A stretch of 64,000 bases of DNA, from NCBI RefSeq assembly GCF_006345805.1, contig NC_042998.1, positions 97,774,001-97,838,000 of the forward strand, read 5' to 3'. The stretch's first letter is position 1. The number at the start of each line of letters is the position of its first letter. Positions 48,764 through 63,351 of the stretch are shown here, one piece after another. The notes under the pieces were generated by a model. The model made no database searches and had not been told where the DNA came from. It saw nothing but the letters and a program-made list of their open reading frames with translations. The position numbers and the translations under genes were made by a program. The DNA comes from Octopus sinensis. Lineage: Eukaryota.

Positions 48764-49379
48764 GTATGTATATATATATGTATATACATACACACACATG
48801 TATATAAATGACAGGTTTATACACAGTTCTCATCTACGAAATTTACTCACAATATGTTGGTTGGCCTGAAGCTATTGTTGAAAACACTTGCCCAAGGTGT
48901 CTTGCTGTAGGACTGAACCCCAAACCACATGGTTGCAAAACAAACAGCTATACTTGTGACCTGTACTTTTTCTCTTTTTTTCATCACTTGGCCCCAGCAA
49001 AAAAGATGTAAAGCAAAACTGATCTCAGTTGCATTTGAACTCATGGTGAAGAAATTTGGAATAAAATACTGCAAAGCATTCTATCCAGTAATCTAATGAT
49101 GGCACTAATTCACTGAAAAGACAATGGGGTAAGCTAGCACTGGATTAACCATTAAACAAAAGAAGAACTTGCTTAGGACATCCAGGAAGTGGGGAACCAA
49201 GATGGCAAAAGAAATGGTAATGGTCTAAGCACAAAAGAAATTACTTTAAACTCACTAAGATAATATTTGAAGTGGTTTATATGATTGGAAATATAATTCC
49301 AAAGTATTCATGGTGCAAAGTATTCAAGTATTCATGGTGCAATTAAAAAAAGTTGAAGAAATCTTTTCAAATAATAAAT

Positions 49380-49558
49380 GGAAGCATACAAAAAGAAAAC
49401 CATTATTTTCCATTTTACTGTTAGTTTTGCTTCATTTTGAAAAACAAAAAATCTATTTTATGGTTTATTATTGTTTATATTTTGAATTACATATTCATAT
49501 GGGAGCACCAAAATCTTTTAAGTGCTTCGGATCTGTATTAGTCTCAATCTGGCCCTGG
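49380..49558 (-). mobile_element. Terminal fragment of a non-autonomous DNA element (hAT-like terminus)
   Basis: Reverse complement of 55405-55543 (CCAGGGC..GATT.AGAC...AAGCACTTAAAAGATTTTGGTGC). Confidence 0.5.
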
Positions 49559-49956
49559 AGTAGGCAAAGCAAGAATGCAATTGTATGTGTGAGATGACGC
49601 TTTAGTGATGTGGGAGGGTGTAAATGTGAGTGGTAGTCAGAGTGATGGGTGAGGTAGACGAAAATAGAGAAGGCTGGGCAAGGAGGTAATAACAAGGGTA
49701 ATCATAGTAAGTGAGGAGTAAATGGAATATGCTGACAGGAGTGAACAGAATTACAGATTAATGTAAGTCTGTGTGAGGAAATAGTATCAAAAGGCTTGGT
49801 AAGCCTTGGGGTACATGGAAGATAGAAGTGATACAGAAAAAAGAAGAAAGTGTAGAAGACTATGATAAGATGATGAGAAGGAGTGACTGGAAGATGGGAG
49901 TGACAGATGAAAAAAAAATACAGTAGCAGATATATCTACAAATGAAATTACAGCTG

Positions 49957-50020
<64 letters not shown>

Positions 50021-50330
50021 CACACAAACACACTTTTACATGTATGGTAGTGTGGTTTAGAAGTTCACTTTGCAACCATGTGGTTTCTGGTTCAATCTCT
50101 CTGGCATTTTGGATGAGTGTTTTCTACTATGCCCTTAGACCATCAAATTAATGCCTTGTGAGTGAAACTGATTGCGACTGATGAAAACTCTGCAGAAGCC
50201 CATTCTAAATATATATATATATATGCGATGATGATGATGATACATATATAAATATATATATCATTGTATATATCGCCAGGCCTCAGTCAAATCGTCCAAC
50301 CCATGCTAGCATGAAAAGCGGACGTTAAAC

Positions 50331-50397
<67 letters not shown>

Positions 50398-50961
50398 ATA
50401 TATGTATGTATGTATTAAACTTTTACAAGGAGAATGTTGACAATTACTGTGTACTTTCAGCTTGCTTGCCTTAAGCAGACTGAGGGAGAGCAAGCTGACA
50501 CTTCGAAGTCACTGTCAACCTTTTCTTTATAAAAGTTTAATAAACATGTAGTCTCTTAAAAACTATTGTATAATCCTCCAGTTTAAGGTTATATTGTTTT
50601 TCTACAAACATTAATATACATAGAAACACACATACACATACATGCACACACACACACAGACACACAAAGACATACACATGTATATATATATATATGTGTG
50701 TGGATGAACGACATAGTCAACTTCAGTGGAATTTGAACTCACAGAATGCACAGACAAATGAAATAGCACTAAGCAGCTGATGACTTTGACAAGCTCACCA
50801 CCTATATATATATATATATATATACTAGACTAGACTACCCGTGACCCATTGGGTCATCAGAAAACTCTGAGTTTCCCAGCCACAGAATTTTTGTGGGTTT
50901 TTTCTTTTCCAGGTTATTTTGCATGCTTTCAGCAAATGTGACATTGAAAAGTTGGAGTTTC

Positions 50962-51032
<71 letters not shown>

Positions 51033-51054
51033 GCTAATCCTGTATCTCCTCTAC

Positions 51055-51460
51055 AGCAAGACACCTATTTCTGTCTCTCGGCCTCACTATAACCTTTTAT
51101 CTTCTGACACAAGATCACCTTCTCCAATTCCCCGCTCAGTTCTCAAAAGAGGGTTTCTTTTTGTCTTGCAAGTACATGGGGACACTGTCAGTGCAGGTGC
51201 CACTTAAAAGCACCCAGTCCACACTGTAAAGTGGCTGGCATTTGGAAGGTCATCCAGCTGTAACAAACCGTACCAAAACTGACCTCACCTGTGCTTGTGC
51301 CACATAAAAAGCACTGAGTCCACTCTGCTGAGTGGTTGGTGTTAGGAAGGGCTATAAAAATCCTGCCAAAACAGTTACAGAAATCTGGTGCAGGCTTCTG
51401 CTTTGCCAGCTCTGGTGAAACCATCCCACTCATACCAGCATGGAAGGTGGATGTTAAACC
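51055..51460 (+). mobile_element. RTE-type 3' region fragment
   Basis: Homologous to the reverse complement of 12183-12600. Confidence 0.65.
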
Positions 51461-51465
51461 AGTAT

Positions 51466-52247
51466 ACTCCGTTTGATGTGTAATGTTGGTGTGCATACAT
51501 GCCAGAGTGTAAGCACTCTGAGAGAAAAGTTGGATGTAAGAAGCAGCAGATGTGGTGTGCAAGAGAGACGACTGCACTGGTGTGGTCATGTGCTGTGTAT
51601 GGATGAGGACAGCTGTATGAAAAATGTCTCACCCTAACAGTGGAGGAAACTTGTGGAAGAGGTAAACCCAGGAAGACCTAGGATGAGGTGATGAAGCATG
51701 ACCCTTGAACATTGGGCCTCACAGAGCCAATGATAAGCAACCAAGACCTTTGGCGATATACTGTGCTTGAGAAGATCTGGCAAGCCAAGTGAGACTGTAG
51801 CTGTGGCCTATGCCAGTGTTGCATAACCAGCCCATTTAAGAGTACCCTGCAATCATTGGGCAATATACTGTGCTTGAGAAGACCTGTTGAATCAAGTGAA
51901 ATCATTGTCATGGCTGATGCCAGTACTGCTTGATTGGCATGTAAAAAGCACCATTCAAGCGTGGTCGATGCTAGTGTCACCTGACTGACTCCCATGCCAG
52001 TGGAACATAAAAGCTCTATTCAAGTATGGTTGATGCCAGTGCCACCTGACTGGCTCCTTTGCTAGTGGCATATAAAAAGCACTTACTACACTCTCGGAGT
52101 GGTTGGCATTAGGAAGGGCATCCAGCTGTAGAAACCTTGCCAGGTCAGATCGGTATCTGGTGCAGCCCCCTAGCTTTCCAGACCTCAGTCAAACTGTCCA
52201 ATCCATGCCAGCATGGAAAACAGATGTTAAAAGATGCTGATGATGAT
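51466..52247 (+). mobile_element. 5'-truncated RTE LINE (RT C-terminus, 3' UTR, (GAT)n)
   Basis: Colinear with about 47900-48557 (gtgcaagagagacgactgcactggtgtggtcatgtgctg..ggtaaacccaggaagacc). Confidence 0.8.
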
Positions 52248-52344
52248 TTGTGTACGTGTGTGTTTCTGTCTGTATGTGTGTGTGTATGTATATATATATA
52301 AAACCATATATAATATTCACATATTATGTGTGTATGTATATATA

Positions 52345-52720
52345 TATATATTTGTAGCACTCTGTCAGTTACGACAATGAGGGTTCCAGTTGATCCAATC
52401 AACAGAACAGCCTGCTTGTGAAATTAACATGCCATTGACTGAGCACTCCACAGACATATGTTCCCTTAACGTAGTTCTCGGAGTATTCAGCGTGACACAG
52501 AGGGTGACAAGGCTGGCCCTTTGAAATGCAGGTACAACAGAAGCAGGAAGAAAGAGTGAGAGAAAGTTGTGGTGAAAGAGTACAGCAGGGTTCATCACCA
52601 CCCTCTGTCAGAGCCTTGTGGAGCTTTAAGGTGTTTTCACCCAATAAACACTCACAGCACCTGGTCTGGGAATTGAAACTGCAACCTTGAGTCCACTGAT
52701 CTAACCACTGGACCATTGTA
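52345..52720 (-). mobile_element. SINE (family C-like composite)
   Basis: Shares blocks with 20676-20996 and 6795-7100. Confidence 0.6.
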
Positions 52721-52962
52721 GCTATATATATATTAAACTGTAGTCATGGCCATTCCCTGTGTCATGGCCAATGCCTGTGCTAGTGGTATGTAAAAATCAC
52801 TCATTACACTTTCAGAGTGGTTGGCGTTAGGAAGGGCATCCAGCCATAGAAACTATGGCAAATCTGACTGGAACCTGGTGCAACTCTCTGGCTTACCAGT
52901 TCTATTCAAACTGCCTAACCCATGCCAGCATGGAAAACAGACGTTAAAGGATGATAATGATG

Positions 52963-52997
<35 letters not shown>

Positions 52998-53573
52998 CAG
53001 GCTTCTTTCAGCTTCTGGTTATTACATCCACTCACAAAGCTTAGTGAGCCTGAGGTATAGTCTATAGTAGAAGAGACTTACCTAAGGTTCTGTGCAGCAG
53101 GACTGAACCCAATCATACATGGTTGGAAAGAAAGCTTTTTAACCACATGATCCTGCTTGTATATCTGTATATGCATGTGTGCATGTGTGTGTGTGTGTGT
53201 GCATGCATAAAGGCATGTGGCATAGTGGTTAGAATGTTGGGCTCATGATCATCAAGGTTGTGGTTTCAATTCCTGGGCCAGGCATTGTATTCTTGAACAA
53301 AGCACTATATTTCACATCACTCCACTGTTTTGTATTGTACTGAAATTGTGTTCAAGCCAAGTTTTGGTGCAGCTCTTTCTCTCTCTCGATTCCTCTAGCT
53401 GTCACGTCCTAGATCTTTTGTTGAGTCAATGGTGGGAAGGTTGAGAAAATATCTATTTTTACTCACATCTAGGCACTTAAAACAATTCATTAAAGAATGA
53501 TACATACTACTAGTCATATCAATAAGGAAAATAAATGGTATATTCATATATACATATAGACATACGCGTGCGT

Positions 53574-53617
<44 letters not shown>

Positions 53618-53978
53618 GCACCATATTTTCTGACATATAAGTTGAATTTGTCTGACCAAATTTTACAGTTAAAATATGTGTGTCAAGATGACACCTGGGT
53701 GACTTTGTGGGACTAAAATTTCCATACAAAATGCTGCAGTATTTAGAAAGATAGTAATGATATTTGAATGCTTACACTATATACTATGTTGACTCATATG
53801 CTGGAAAATTACAGTATGTGTGTGTGTGTGTGTGGCATACAGCCATGGAAATCATGCCACAATAAACAACTGGAGTCTGGACTGCTTCCAGCTAGCCAGT
53901 TCCACGTCAAATCATCCAACCCATGCCAGCATGGAAAAACGGATGTTAAACAATGATGATGATATATGTATATACATT

Positions 53979-54408
53979 CAGGGTAGGCCAAAAGTCATGC
54001 AGCAAAATGTTTGACATTTATATTACATTATTATTTAAATTATTATTATTAAGGCCTCAAGTTGACAGAATCATTAACATGCCAAGCAAAATGCTTAGTG
54101 GCATTTCACTTGTCCTTACGTTCTGAGTTCAAATTCCGTCAAGGTCGACTTTCATCCTTTCAGGGTTGATAAATTAAGTACCAGTGAAACACTGGAGTCG
54201 ATGCAATCAACTAGTCCCATCCCCCTAAATTTCAGGCCTTGTGCCTTTAGTAGAAAGAATTATTATTGTTGTTATTATTATTCATTTTGTTCAGCATGTG
54301 TGTATTTATCATAATTTTATTTATTTTATTCAATTTTAGAAAAATTGAAGCATGTCTTCAATTTCGGTGTGTTTAGAATTTATTTTGTGCATGACTTTTG
54401 GCCCATTC
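53979..54408. mobile_element. Tc1/mariner-type MITE with a family-B SINE inserted at about 54060-54260
   Basis: Inverted termini GGCCAAAAGTCATGCA / TGCATGACTTTTGGCC; the SINE sits within (TTA)n. Confidence 0.65.
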
Positions 54409-54681
54409 TATATATATATATATCATTCAAAATATAATAAATAATTTTAGGGTAATAAGAATTATAGAAAACTTTATTACCAGTGGCCTAGTGCAAAAAA
54501 TTTAGTCAATAGACTATATATTATTCATATAAAATATAAAATATTGCGTACATTTGTACATGATAATCGTGTACACGATAATGTACATGATATTTTATAT
54601 GAATAGTATATATATATTTATATATATATATAAATGTGTGTATATATGTGTATGTATATATGCAGATGGGTGTGTGCGTAA

Positions 54682-54764
<83 letters not shown>

Positions 54765-55404
54765 TAGATAGATAGGCGTATATATATATATATATAAGTA
54801 AAGAGAGGGAAAGAGAAAGAGAGGGACTGATTGAGTTATGTATATATGTGATTGTGTTTCTATGTCTGTCTCCATGTCTGTCCTACATTGACATCCCTAG
54901 AATAACAGTGTTTATGTCCTATAATCTATTTTACATGTACTTTTAGTGCTGATTCCCTTATGCATCTGCTACATATGAAATTTACTTTCTCCATTCTCCT
55001 GCCCCTGATTTCATTGCATCTCTTGAGCATCCACAGTTTACCCTTAGTACACTGTAAGTTCTGTCATTTTCCTTCTTTCCTACATACTAAAACTTTACTA
55101 AGTTTATTTTGAGGCCTCCTGTTTTTAGGTTTTGCCTTCATGTCTGGAATTTCTTTTCTAGTTCTACTGCAGAAGCAGCTATCAGCCATAAGATGTAGGT
55201 CATTAATGTATAAAATTTCTCACAGGCAGCTAATCTTAAGCTCCTCTCTTATGGCTCAGGAGACAATGGTAACTGGAACAAGGCTAGGGAGTGATTGGAC
55301 CCCTACCTGCATGCTAAATTTGTTGCCAACTCTCAGTTTACATACTGCACATTGACTTACACAGCCTTCTTTACCATTCATCTATCCTTAACTATTCATC
55401 TATC

Positions 55405-55543
55405 CAGGGCTGGATTAAGACCTATAGAGGCCCTAAGCACTTAAAAGATTTTGGTGCCTCCATATATATATGTAATTCCAAATATAAACAATAATAAACC
55501 ATAAAATAAATTATTTTTCAAAGTGAAACAAAACTAACAATAA
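55405..55543 (+). mobile_element. Terminal fragment of a non-autonomous DNA element (hAT-like terminus), abutting a SINE
   Basis: Begins CCAGGGCTGGATTAAGACC; second copy at 49380-49558. Confidence 0.5.
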
Positions 55544-55702
55544 GGCATAGGCGTGGCTGTGTGGTAAATAGCTTGCTTACCAACCACATGTTTCCGGGTT
55601 CAGTCCCACTGAGTGGCACCTTGAGTGTCTTCTACTATAGCCTCGGGCCGACCAAAGCCTTTTGAGTGGATTTGGTAGATGGGAACTGAAAGAAGCCCGT
55701 TG

Positions 55703-55756
<54 letters not shown>

Positions 55757-56020
55757 ATATATATATATATATATATATTTATGTATATATGTGTGTGTGT
55801 GTTTGTGTGTCTGTGTTTGTCCCCCAACATTGCTTGACAACCGATGCTGGTATGTTTACATCCCCATAACTTAGCAATTCAGCAAAGAGACCGATAGAAT
55901 AAGTACTAGGCTTACAAAGAATAAGTTCTGGGGTCGATCTGTTTGACTAAAGGCAGTGCTCCAGCATGGCCGCAGTCAATTGACTGAAACAAATAAATGA
56001 ATAAAATGAAATGAATAAGA
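55544..56020 (+). mobile_element. tRNA-headed SINE (family A), full length
   Basis: GGCATAGGCGTGGCTGTGTGG..GGGTTCAGTCCC head, internal (TA)/(TG) tract, and an aaggcagtgctccagcatggccgcagtc 3' block. Confidence 0.85.
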
Positions 56021-56169
56021 TGGAAAGTAATACTTATTTTTCCATACTTCTTCTTTATATTTGAAAAATTTTCTCCTACTTTTTTTAATTGTAAAGACTT
56101 TGATCAGATCGTCACAACAACATCATGAATACTTTGAAATTATATTTCTAATCATATAAACCGCTTTGA

Positions 56170-57560
56170 ATATTATTTTAGCAAGTTTAAAGTTCACCAT
56201 TTCTGTGGTAGTGCTCTAATTCCCTTGATGCTCTAAGCACAAACTTATTTTGCTTAATGGTTTATCCAGGCTGGCCTACTCCTGCCAAAGGCCTTCTTCA
56301 GGATTATGAATACTAGTTACAGTAGCTCATTAGGTATTTCTCATCATTGTCTCACAAAGCAAAGGCTTTTGGTAGCATCTCTTCCAGGAACAAACTTGAA
56401 CTGCATCTCATCTCAGCCTCTCCCTCAACAGTTGTGCAGTAACTCTTCCTGTGTATTTCAAAACTTGATCTGTCAACGTCTTAACTCTTTCTAGAGCATC
56501 TCTTTTTTCCTTGTAGCAAGTGTTAATGATACTACTATACTGGTCATAGGGTATAACACCTGTATTACCTGATTGACTAATTTATTACCATGTTACTTAT
56601 TTTAATATTTAATTTATTACCTTGTGAATAGTTTAACCCTTTAGTGTTCGCATTATTCTGCCAAAATTAATGCTTATTCATCCACATTGTTTTGAACTAA
56701 TCATGCATTATCTTGTAGCTATGAGATTTTGATGAGGTAGCTGTTAATTTTTAAAACGATATTGTAGTGTTGGTGTGAGAGACCAGATCTGGCCAGTTTG
56801 AACATAGAACAGGGAGAATACTTTTGGCAGGATATGGCCAGTTTAAATGCTAAAGGGTTAATCCTCTCAGTGAGTCTTTCTTATGGCCCAAATACTTTCT
56901 TTGCTTTCATATCTTTCTTCGCTCTGTCAGTCACACTGCTGTCAACTGGTATAACTGATCCCTCTGCTGGGTTTACTTAGGGTTGGCTATCACTTTCCCA
57001 TGTATTCTTCTCATCCAACACCTCATTAAAATACTTCCATTCTTCTAAGGGCAAGAGTGATGATATCTTTTTATATACACATCTCTTTGCAACAGCATTC
57101 CAAATTTCTCCAAGTCTTGTAATTTGCACAACCTCATACCTCTGATCCTTGTATTGCAGATCATATGCACAATTCTTACTGTACCCTAGCTATTTGGTAC
57201 CCTCTTTCTCCCATTTTTGCAAGCTTGTCTTTAAGGTTTTATGGCTCTATCTTGAGTATTGTTCCAGTAACACATCACCTTGCGTCAGGATGGAACCTTG
57301 CACTGGGTACAGATTTGGTATGTTACCTTCAGAAGCTTATCTACTAGAATTTTCCAGTTTTCCTCTGTGTTACAAGTCTTTATCTTCTCTTCAGTTCTGC
57401 CTTAGTGTTAAAATCTTTATTTCTCTCTTTCTCTTACTCTCAAGTACCTGAAAAGATATACTTTCCTTCCTTACAGTGTAAAACCTAATCCACTATTTGA
57501 ACTATTTGTATTCCTTTTTGTTGATGCAGACCACCACTAGCTCTATTATTTTACTATATT
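56170..57560 (-). mobile_element. Decayed RTE LINE RT fragment, interrupted by a piggyBac-type MITE
   Basis: The minus strand reads VNPAEGSVIPVDSSVTDRAKKDMKAKK and then a degenerate KRDALER..DQVLK..QF.FVPGR..YL segment, colinear with 46518-46994. Confidence 0.7.
56637..56857. mobile_element. piggyBac-type MITE
   Basis: TTAA-CCCTTTAGTGTT...AATGCTAAAGGG-TTAA. Confidence 0.8.
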
Positions 57561-58306
57561 AATAATAATCCTTTCTACTGTAGGTATAAGGACCTGAAAC
57601 TTTGTGGGAGGTACTGGTTGATTACCTTGACTCTAGTGCCCCACTGGTACTTATTTTATTGACCCCCAAAAGGATGAAAGGAAAGCTGATTTTAGCAGAA
57701 TTTGAACTCAGAATGTAAAGACAGGTGAAATGTCACTAAGCATTTGTTTAGTGTGCTAAAGATTTTGCCTGCTTGTTGCCTTTACTATATTAATAATACT
57801 GAAGTGCCAGAAAGTCGAATATGTTGGGTAAAAAAATAAAAAAACAGATAAATAAAATTCCAGAATCTCACAAATTTTGAGAAATCTTATGAAAAAAAAA
57901 ATCAATGTAAATTTTGGCATCAAAAATTGGTGATACAAAGGTATTGTTTTTGAAGAAAGAATATTAATATAAATAATATAAATTGTGTTATATGTAAACA
58001 AACATAAGTTTGTTTTTGAAGCACTGAAATGTATTGTAGAACAAGTAGAAAGACATATTTCTTCAACACGTAAGTACTGGTAGAACAGCATATATAGGAT
58101 TTTCTGCTCTGTAAGGATTTTATCCTATATATTCTGTTCTATCAGTACTTACGTGTTGAAAAAATATATCTTTCTACTTGTACTATAATATAAATTGTTT
58201 CGATTTGTACGAGAGGCTATTGACATATGTGAAACAAAACTTATGATTGAATACAGGTAGCAAATAAATAGTAAATTAACTGAAAACTTGTTGTGAAGGT
58301 AATATA

Positions 58307-58873
58307 CACTTGCGTCGGAAATTAATTAGCACTTCTCAAATTTCTACATTTTCTTACATTTTCTTAATTTAATTAACTTATTATCAGAAATGAACTCGTT
58401 TTTAATCAAAAATTTATTAAAACATATCCCAGCACACCACATAATTGTTATTAATCGTGAAATTTAGTCAATATCTTGTTGCTCCTCCTTTGGCAGCAAT
58501 GACAGCTGCTATGCGGGTTGGCATGCTGTCTATGAGTGCCTGCAGGTACTGTGCAGAGATGGCCCCTCATGCAGCAAGAAGTGCCCCAAACAGCTCGTGT
58601 CGGTTCTTGTATTGCTGCACATTCAAATCCCTACCCAATCGACTCCAGAGGTTCTCAATAGGGTTCAGGTCAGGTGACTGGCCAGCACGTACTCCTCGCC
58701 ACCAAAGAGGTATCCCGTACTATCTCAACGTACTTTGCTGCGTTGATGTTGCCTTCGACGGCATAGAGCCGCCCAACACCACTGTAGCTGAACGCCCCTC
58801 ACACCATCAGACCACCTCCACCATGCTTCATGGTGAGCAAATCAAGGGTGCTAATTAATTTCTGACGGTAGTG
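58307..58873 (-). mobile_element. Internally deleted Tc1 element with both TIRs and TA target duplication
   Basis: TA-CACTTGCGTCGGAAATTAATTAGCAC ... GTGCTAATTAATTTCTGACGGTAGTG-TA. The minus strand reads HGGGGLMV.GAFSYSGVGRLYAVEGNINAAKYVE, SPDLNPIENLW and LIDSMPTRIAAVIAAKGGATRY*. Confidence 0.9.
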
Positions 58874-58993
58874 TAGTTCCAATATTGCTGAGATTTTATG
58901 AGCAGACATTCCTCTCCTACTCATATTTCAAAAACTTTATTACTATTGCCTTAGTTACTAATCAAATAAAATACCTGCATATCATAGCTATGG

Positions 58994-59027
<34 letters not shown>

Positions 59028-59399
59028 ACTAATGCCATAAAACTATTGTGATAAAACTAATTCTACATTATCGATAAAGTGAGCCATGCTAGACTTGGAG
59101 ACGTCATGTTTAATGCATGCCCCATACTAAGTAGTAGTAGTAGCATCAGCAGCAGCAGCAGCTGTTGTTGTTGCAGTAGTTGTAGTATGGGGTACGCGCT
59201 GTAACAGTATGACTCTACATCCACCATCTGTTGGTGAATCCCTACTCTTGATGGATGACACCTTTGAACCACTCAGGCAACAACCCTCCAACCCATGGCT
59301 CTATTTTAGGTAGTTGTTGCTGGTAAGCATCTTACGGGCTCAAAGTGCAAATCCCACCTCAACCGCTTTTAGTTGCTTTTTATGACATGCAGAGGAAAT

Positions 59400-59710
59400 G
59401 TCAGGTCCTGAAAGGATGAAAGGCAAAGTTGACCTTGGCAGAATTTGAACTCAGAACATAAACATGGAACAAATGCTGCTAAGCATTTTGCCTGGCATGC
59501 TAACAATTCTTTTCTACTCTAGGCACAAGGCCCAAAATTTTTGGGGAGGAGGCCAGTCGATTAGATCGACCCAGTATGCAACTAGTACTTAATTTATTGA
59601 CCCTGAAAGAATGAAAGGCAAAATCAAACCTTGGTGGAATTTGAACTCAGAGTGTAAAGACAGATGAAATACTGCCCCGCATACTAATGTTTCTGCCAGC
59701 TCGCCGCCTT
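59400..59710 (-). mobile_element. Family-B SINEs (partial + full, tandem)
   Basis: Colinear with 18395-18610. Confidence 0.8.
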
Positions 59711-60329
59711 TATGATAATAATAACAAACTTATTATATACAATGATCTGGGGCACTACAAATCATCAGAAAAAGTAACCAAAAATGCATGAACAGGACAA
59801 ACAATAATGCACAAGAAAGTACCAGTTGGATACTGGGTTCAGTGTAATTGACTTATCTTCTCCCCCAAAATTACTGGTCACTTTACAAAATTTGAAGCCA
59901 TTGTTATTCTGGTAGGATAACCATTTGTTCTGGAACAGACCTAATGTTACCTTTGTGTTCTGTATAGCGTCAGTCATTCCTTCAATTAGATTTCAACACA
60001 CTGTTGCGTCTCTCACAGACTTCGTTGGTAGCTGGCTTTTGATGCCTTAAACTACTCCATCATCGATGCTGACACTCGTGTCATTTGCAAGTGGTGGTCA
60101 TTCCTTCTGGTGTTTGCTATATTGTCAGACATTCATGTGTATGTTGTAAAGCATGTATGTGTGTGTGCACGTGCACTCCACATGTGTGTTGTGTGTATGT
60201 GTGAGTGTGTTGTTGTATTATTCTTTTGTTTTCATTGTCTGTTTTTATTTTCTATTTATTTAATATTTTTATTTACTTATTTCTGTTTTTGTTGGTGATA
60301 GTATAAGAATGAGCTTGCATAGTTTGTGT

Positions 60330-60394
<65 letters not shown>

Positions 60395-61749
60395 GTGTCC
60401 AAACACAGATATGGTGTAGTTTGAGGCTATATGTGTTTGTGGTTTGTGTGTTTGTGTTTAGTGTATGTATGAGTAGTGATTGATTTTAGTTAACTTTACT
60501 TTTATTTGATCCTTATTCTTATATCACTGAAATAGTGGATGGTAGTCGTGAGATGGTTGCCACTTCATTCATTCTTTTTATTGACAATGTGTATGGGTTC
60601 ATGATTGACTTCCTGTATGTATACTGTTTCTGTAAGCTGTCAGAGTGTCAGATCTTTCAAATGAAGGCAAAATTTTTTTTTTATTTCAGTATTGTTTATA
60701 GTGCCATTGTGTTTTTGTGTGTCATGCTGATAGAGTATGGATGTCTCTTACTTTTTGCTGTATTGATTCCAGTGTTTTTTTGTTCTTTTTCTTGTAATGC
60801 AGGCTGTTTCTTCTGCATAGACTGTGGAGATGTCCATATACTAATCTTTCCCATACCTCAAGTGGTACACTTCATACTTAGTTTTGTAGTTTATCTTTGG
60901 ATTTGTTATGCACATTTAACAGTTGTTATTAGTGTAGAGGTTTTCTTTAAAAGAGTATAACTTCTATAATGATAAAAGTTAAATTCTGTCTGTCCGTTTG
61001 GGACCCCTGTATCTCAGCCTACATTTGCTCTACATAGACATATTATACTTTTTAGGAATCAGGATAATTCTGGGATTGAAAATCTGCCCTTCATTTCGAT
61101 CTTAAACATCCAGCATTGAGATCTGATTTAAAAGCATTTGGGTTGCTACTTCTATCAGGTAAAGCTTGACTGGTTCACATCATCTTGGTGGTGTTTGTCA
61201 GATGACATCAGAGATCAAGGGGGAAATAAATGACATTTGCTTTATCAAGATAAGAACTTTGGAACAAATTGGCCAACAGCTGAAATTCAACTTGGGGCTA
61301 GAATAATAGAATGATTGCATTACAGAATTAATTCTTATCCATCCTTATCCTCTGATCAAACACCACTGGGGCATATAGTCATTTTAGACATATTATAGTC
61401 ATGCTATTTAGCTCCCTTTAGTTTTAGTCCTCACGCCCAATTAGCCCACCACAGGAGCCAGCTTAAAAGTCCACATGGAGTGTTGCTTTTAAGCTAGTAT
61501 ATAATATAGGCTGAATAAATCTACCTGCTTTTTTCTTTTCTATTACTCAACTCTTGTTCTTCATTCATTATATTCTTCCTCTTCCCCATTCACTGTATTT
61601 GACACTCTTTCACTCACCTCATACTCTCTTGCAGCTTTTACACACCCACACTCATTGTCCTCTTGTCTCTACTCACTTCCATCAACTCTTCTGTGACACG
61701 AGTAACCATGAAGCTCTTCTACAGCAAGAAACAAGCTCTGTTTTGGTTC

Positions 61750-62060
61750 CTTTTTTAAAAATTTAATCTATCATTTTCTAGCATAAAGCCTCTTCTCTCT
61801 CTTCTGTAGCTCCACTCAGATGAAGGGGGTCCTAGTCTTACAAGATGCATGGTTACAAAATCAAAGGCACCCAGTACACTTTGTGAAGTGATTGGCATCA
61901 AGAAGAACATCCAGCTGTAGAAACCATACCAAAAACAGACATAGGAGCATTGTGCAGTTCTCAGATCAGTCAAATCCTATCAAACTGTCCAACCCGTACC
62001 AGTGTAGAAGATGGACATTAAAAGATGATGATGATGACAACGATGACGATGATGATGATG
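61750..62060 (+). mobile_element. RTE-type 3' end fragment with (GAT)-like tail
   Basis: gtgattggcatcaagaagaacatccagctgtagaaacc...caaactgtccaacccgtaccag...ggacattaaaagatgatg. Confidence 0.6.
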
Positions 62061-63351
62061 AGGATGAGGAGCAGGAGGAGGATTACTTTGATATTTTAAT
62101 TTTCACTTCATGTAGTCCTAATCCAAATTTCTGAGCTAACTAACATCTGGGTGTAGAATTGATGAGCATCACTTCTTGGAATCTGTTACTGTCACATTAT
62201 GAGACTGTTTCGTCTAGCTTGTTACAGAGTTAGCTCTGATATGGGATGGAAGTATTCCATTTATATTGTTATCAATGTTTGTCTTGAACTTTTTTTGGCT
62301 TCTCTATACACTCTGGTTTGATCTGAGTGATTTTATCCAGAGAACTGTATGTATAGGATGAAATCCTGTCCATGCCTTCTCATTTCACTGAATAGAGATA
62401 TAAAGAATACATTTCTCATCAGCCATTCTAGATTTGCTGTCAGGATGTCAACTTTTAGCATCTGTTGTTATGAAAGAGTTCTGAGGCACAAGGAGCTTAG
62501 TGGCTATAGGTTTCATATAGTGAAAATGGAAAGGTTGTTCCATGTCTCTAATAGATTTTAGTCATAGTACATAGTACAGTATCAAGACAAGGTGGTTATT
62601 AGTTGGGCTGTTTGGATGAGTAGTCAACAGTCACCTTCATGCTCTTGTGAATGGAGTTTGCTATTTGCTGTATGCTTTAGCTTACATGTTTCTCTTCTTC
62701 TGGCTATCATCAAAACAATCCCACACTCAACCATGACTTGAGTTTGAGTTGGTAATAACAAATTTTGTTGTTACCATGCATTTTATTTTACTTTTGTTAA
62801 GGTTCTTATGTAGTCATGAGAAGGCATGCATAAACAAGCACACACACAAACACGCATGCGCGTGCACACACACACACACACACACTTTTGACTCTCACAC
62901 TCTTGATCCAGCTGAACATCAAAGCTGTGACAATTGAAGGAAGAGAGTGCCACATTTATCTAACCCATAGGTATTAGCATTATTTATTATAAAGTGACCT
63001 TTACTCAATTTGTCATAACACTGGCATTGAATATGTAAACTTTCTACAGATACAACTATGCTATAAATTAGGTCACTATATCCTAGTAAATAGTGCCTCT
63101 GTTGGGTCATAAGCACTTCTTAGCCATTAATCTAGATTAGTCATAGTTAACCTTTATATCTGTCTAGAGGCCATAATACTGTCTTCCTCTTGTGTAAAAT
63201 CCTTCAGTAGTACAACTCTTCAAAGACATACAATACATACATACATGCATGCATACATACATACATACATACATACATACATACATACATACATACATAC
63301 ATACATACATACACATACATACATACATACATACTTCTGTCTGTCTGTCTG

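Noticed and set aside
58445-58858. 137-aa plus-strand ORF
   Set aside because: Antisense to the Tc1 transposase remnant.
60535-60960. 141-aa hydrophobic ORF and a weak LINE-like reading (LESIQQKV) on the opposite strand
   Set aside because: The T-rich composition explains the hydrophobicity; the antisense similarity is too weak to classify.
60960-61200. Possible Helitron 5' end (TCTATAATGATAAAAG..TCTGTCTGTCCG)
   Set aside because: Resemblance only; no matching 3' hairpin-CTRR end identified.
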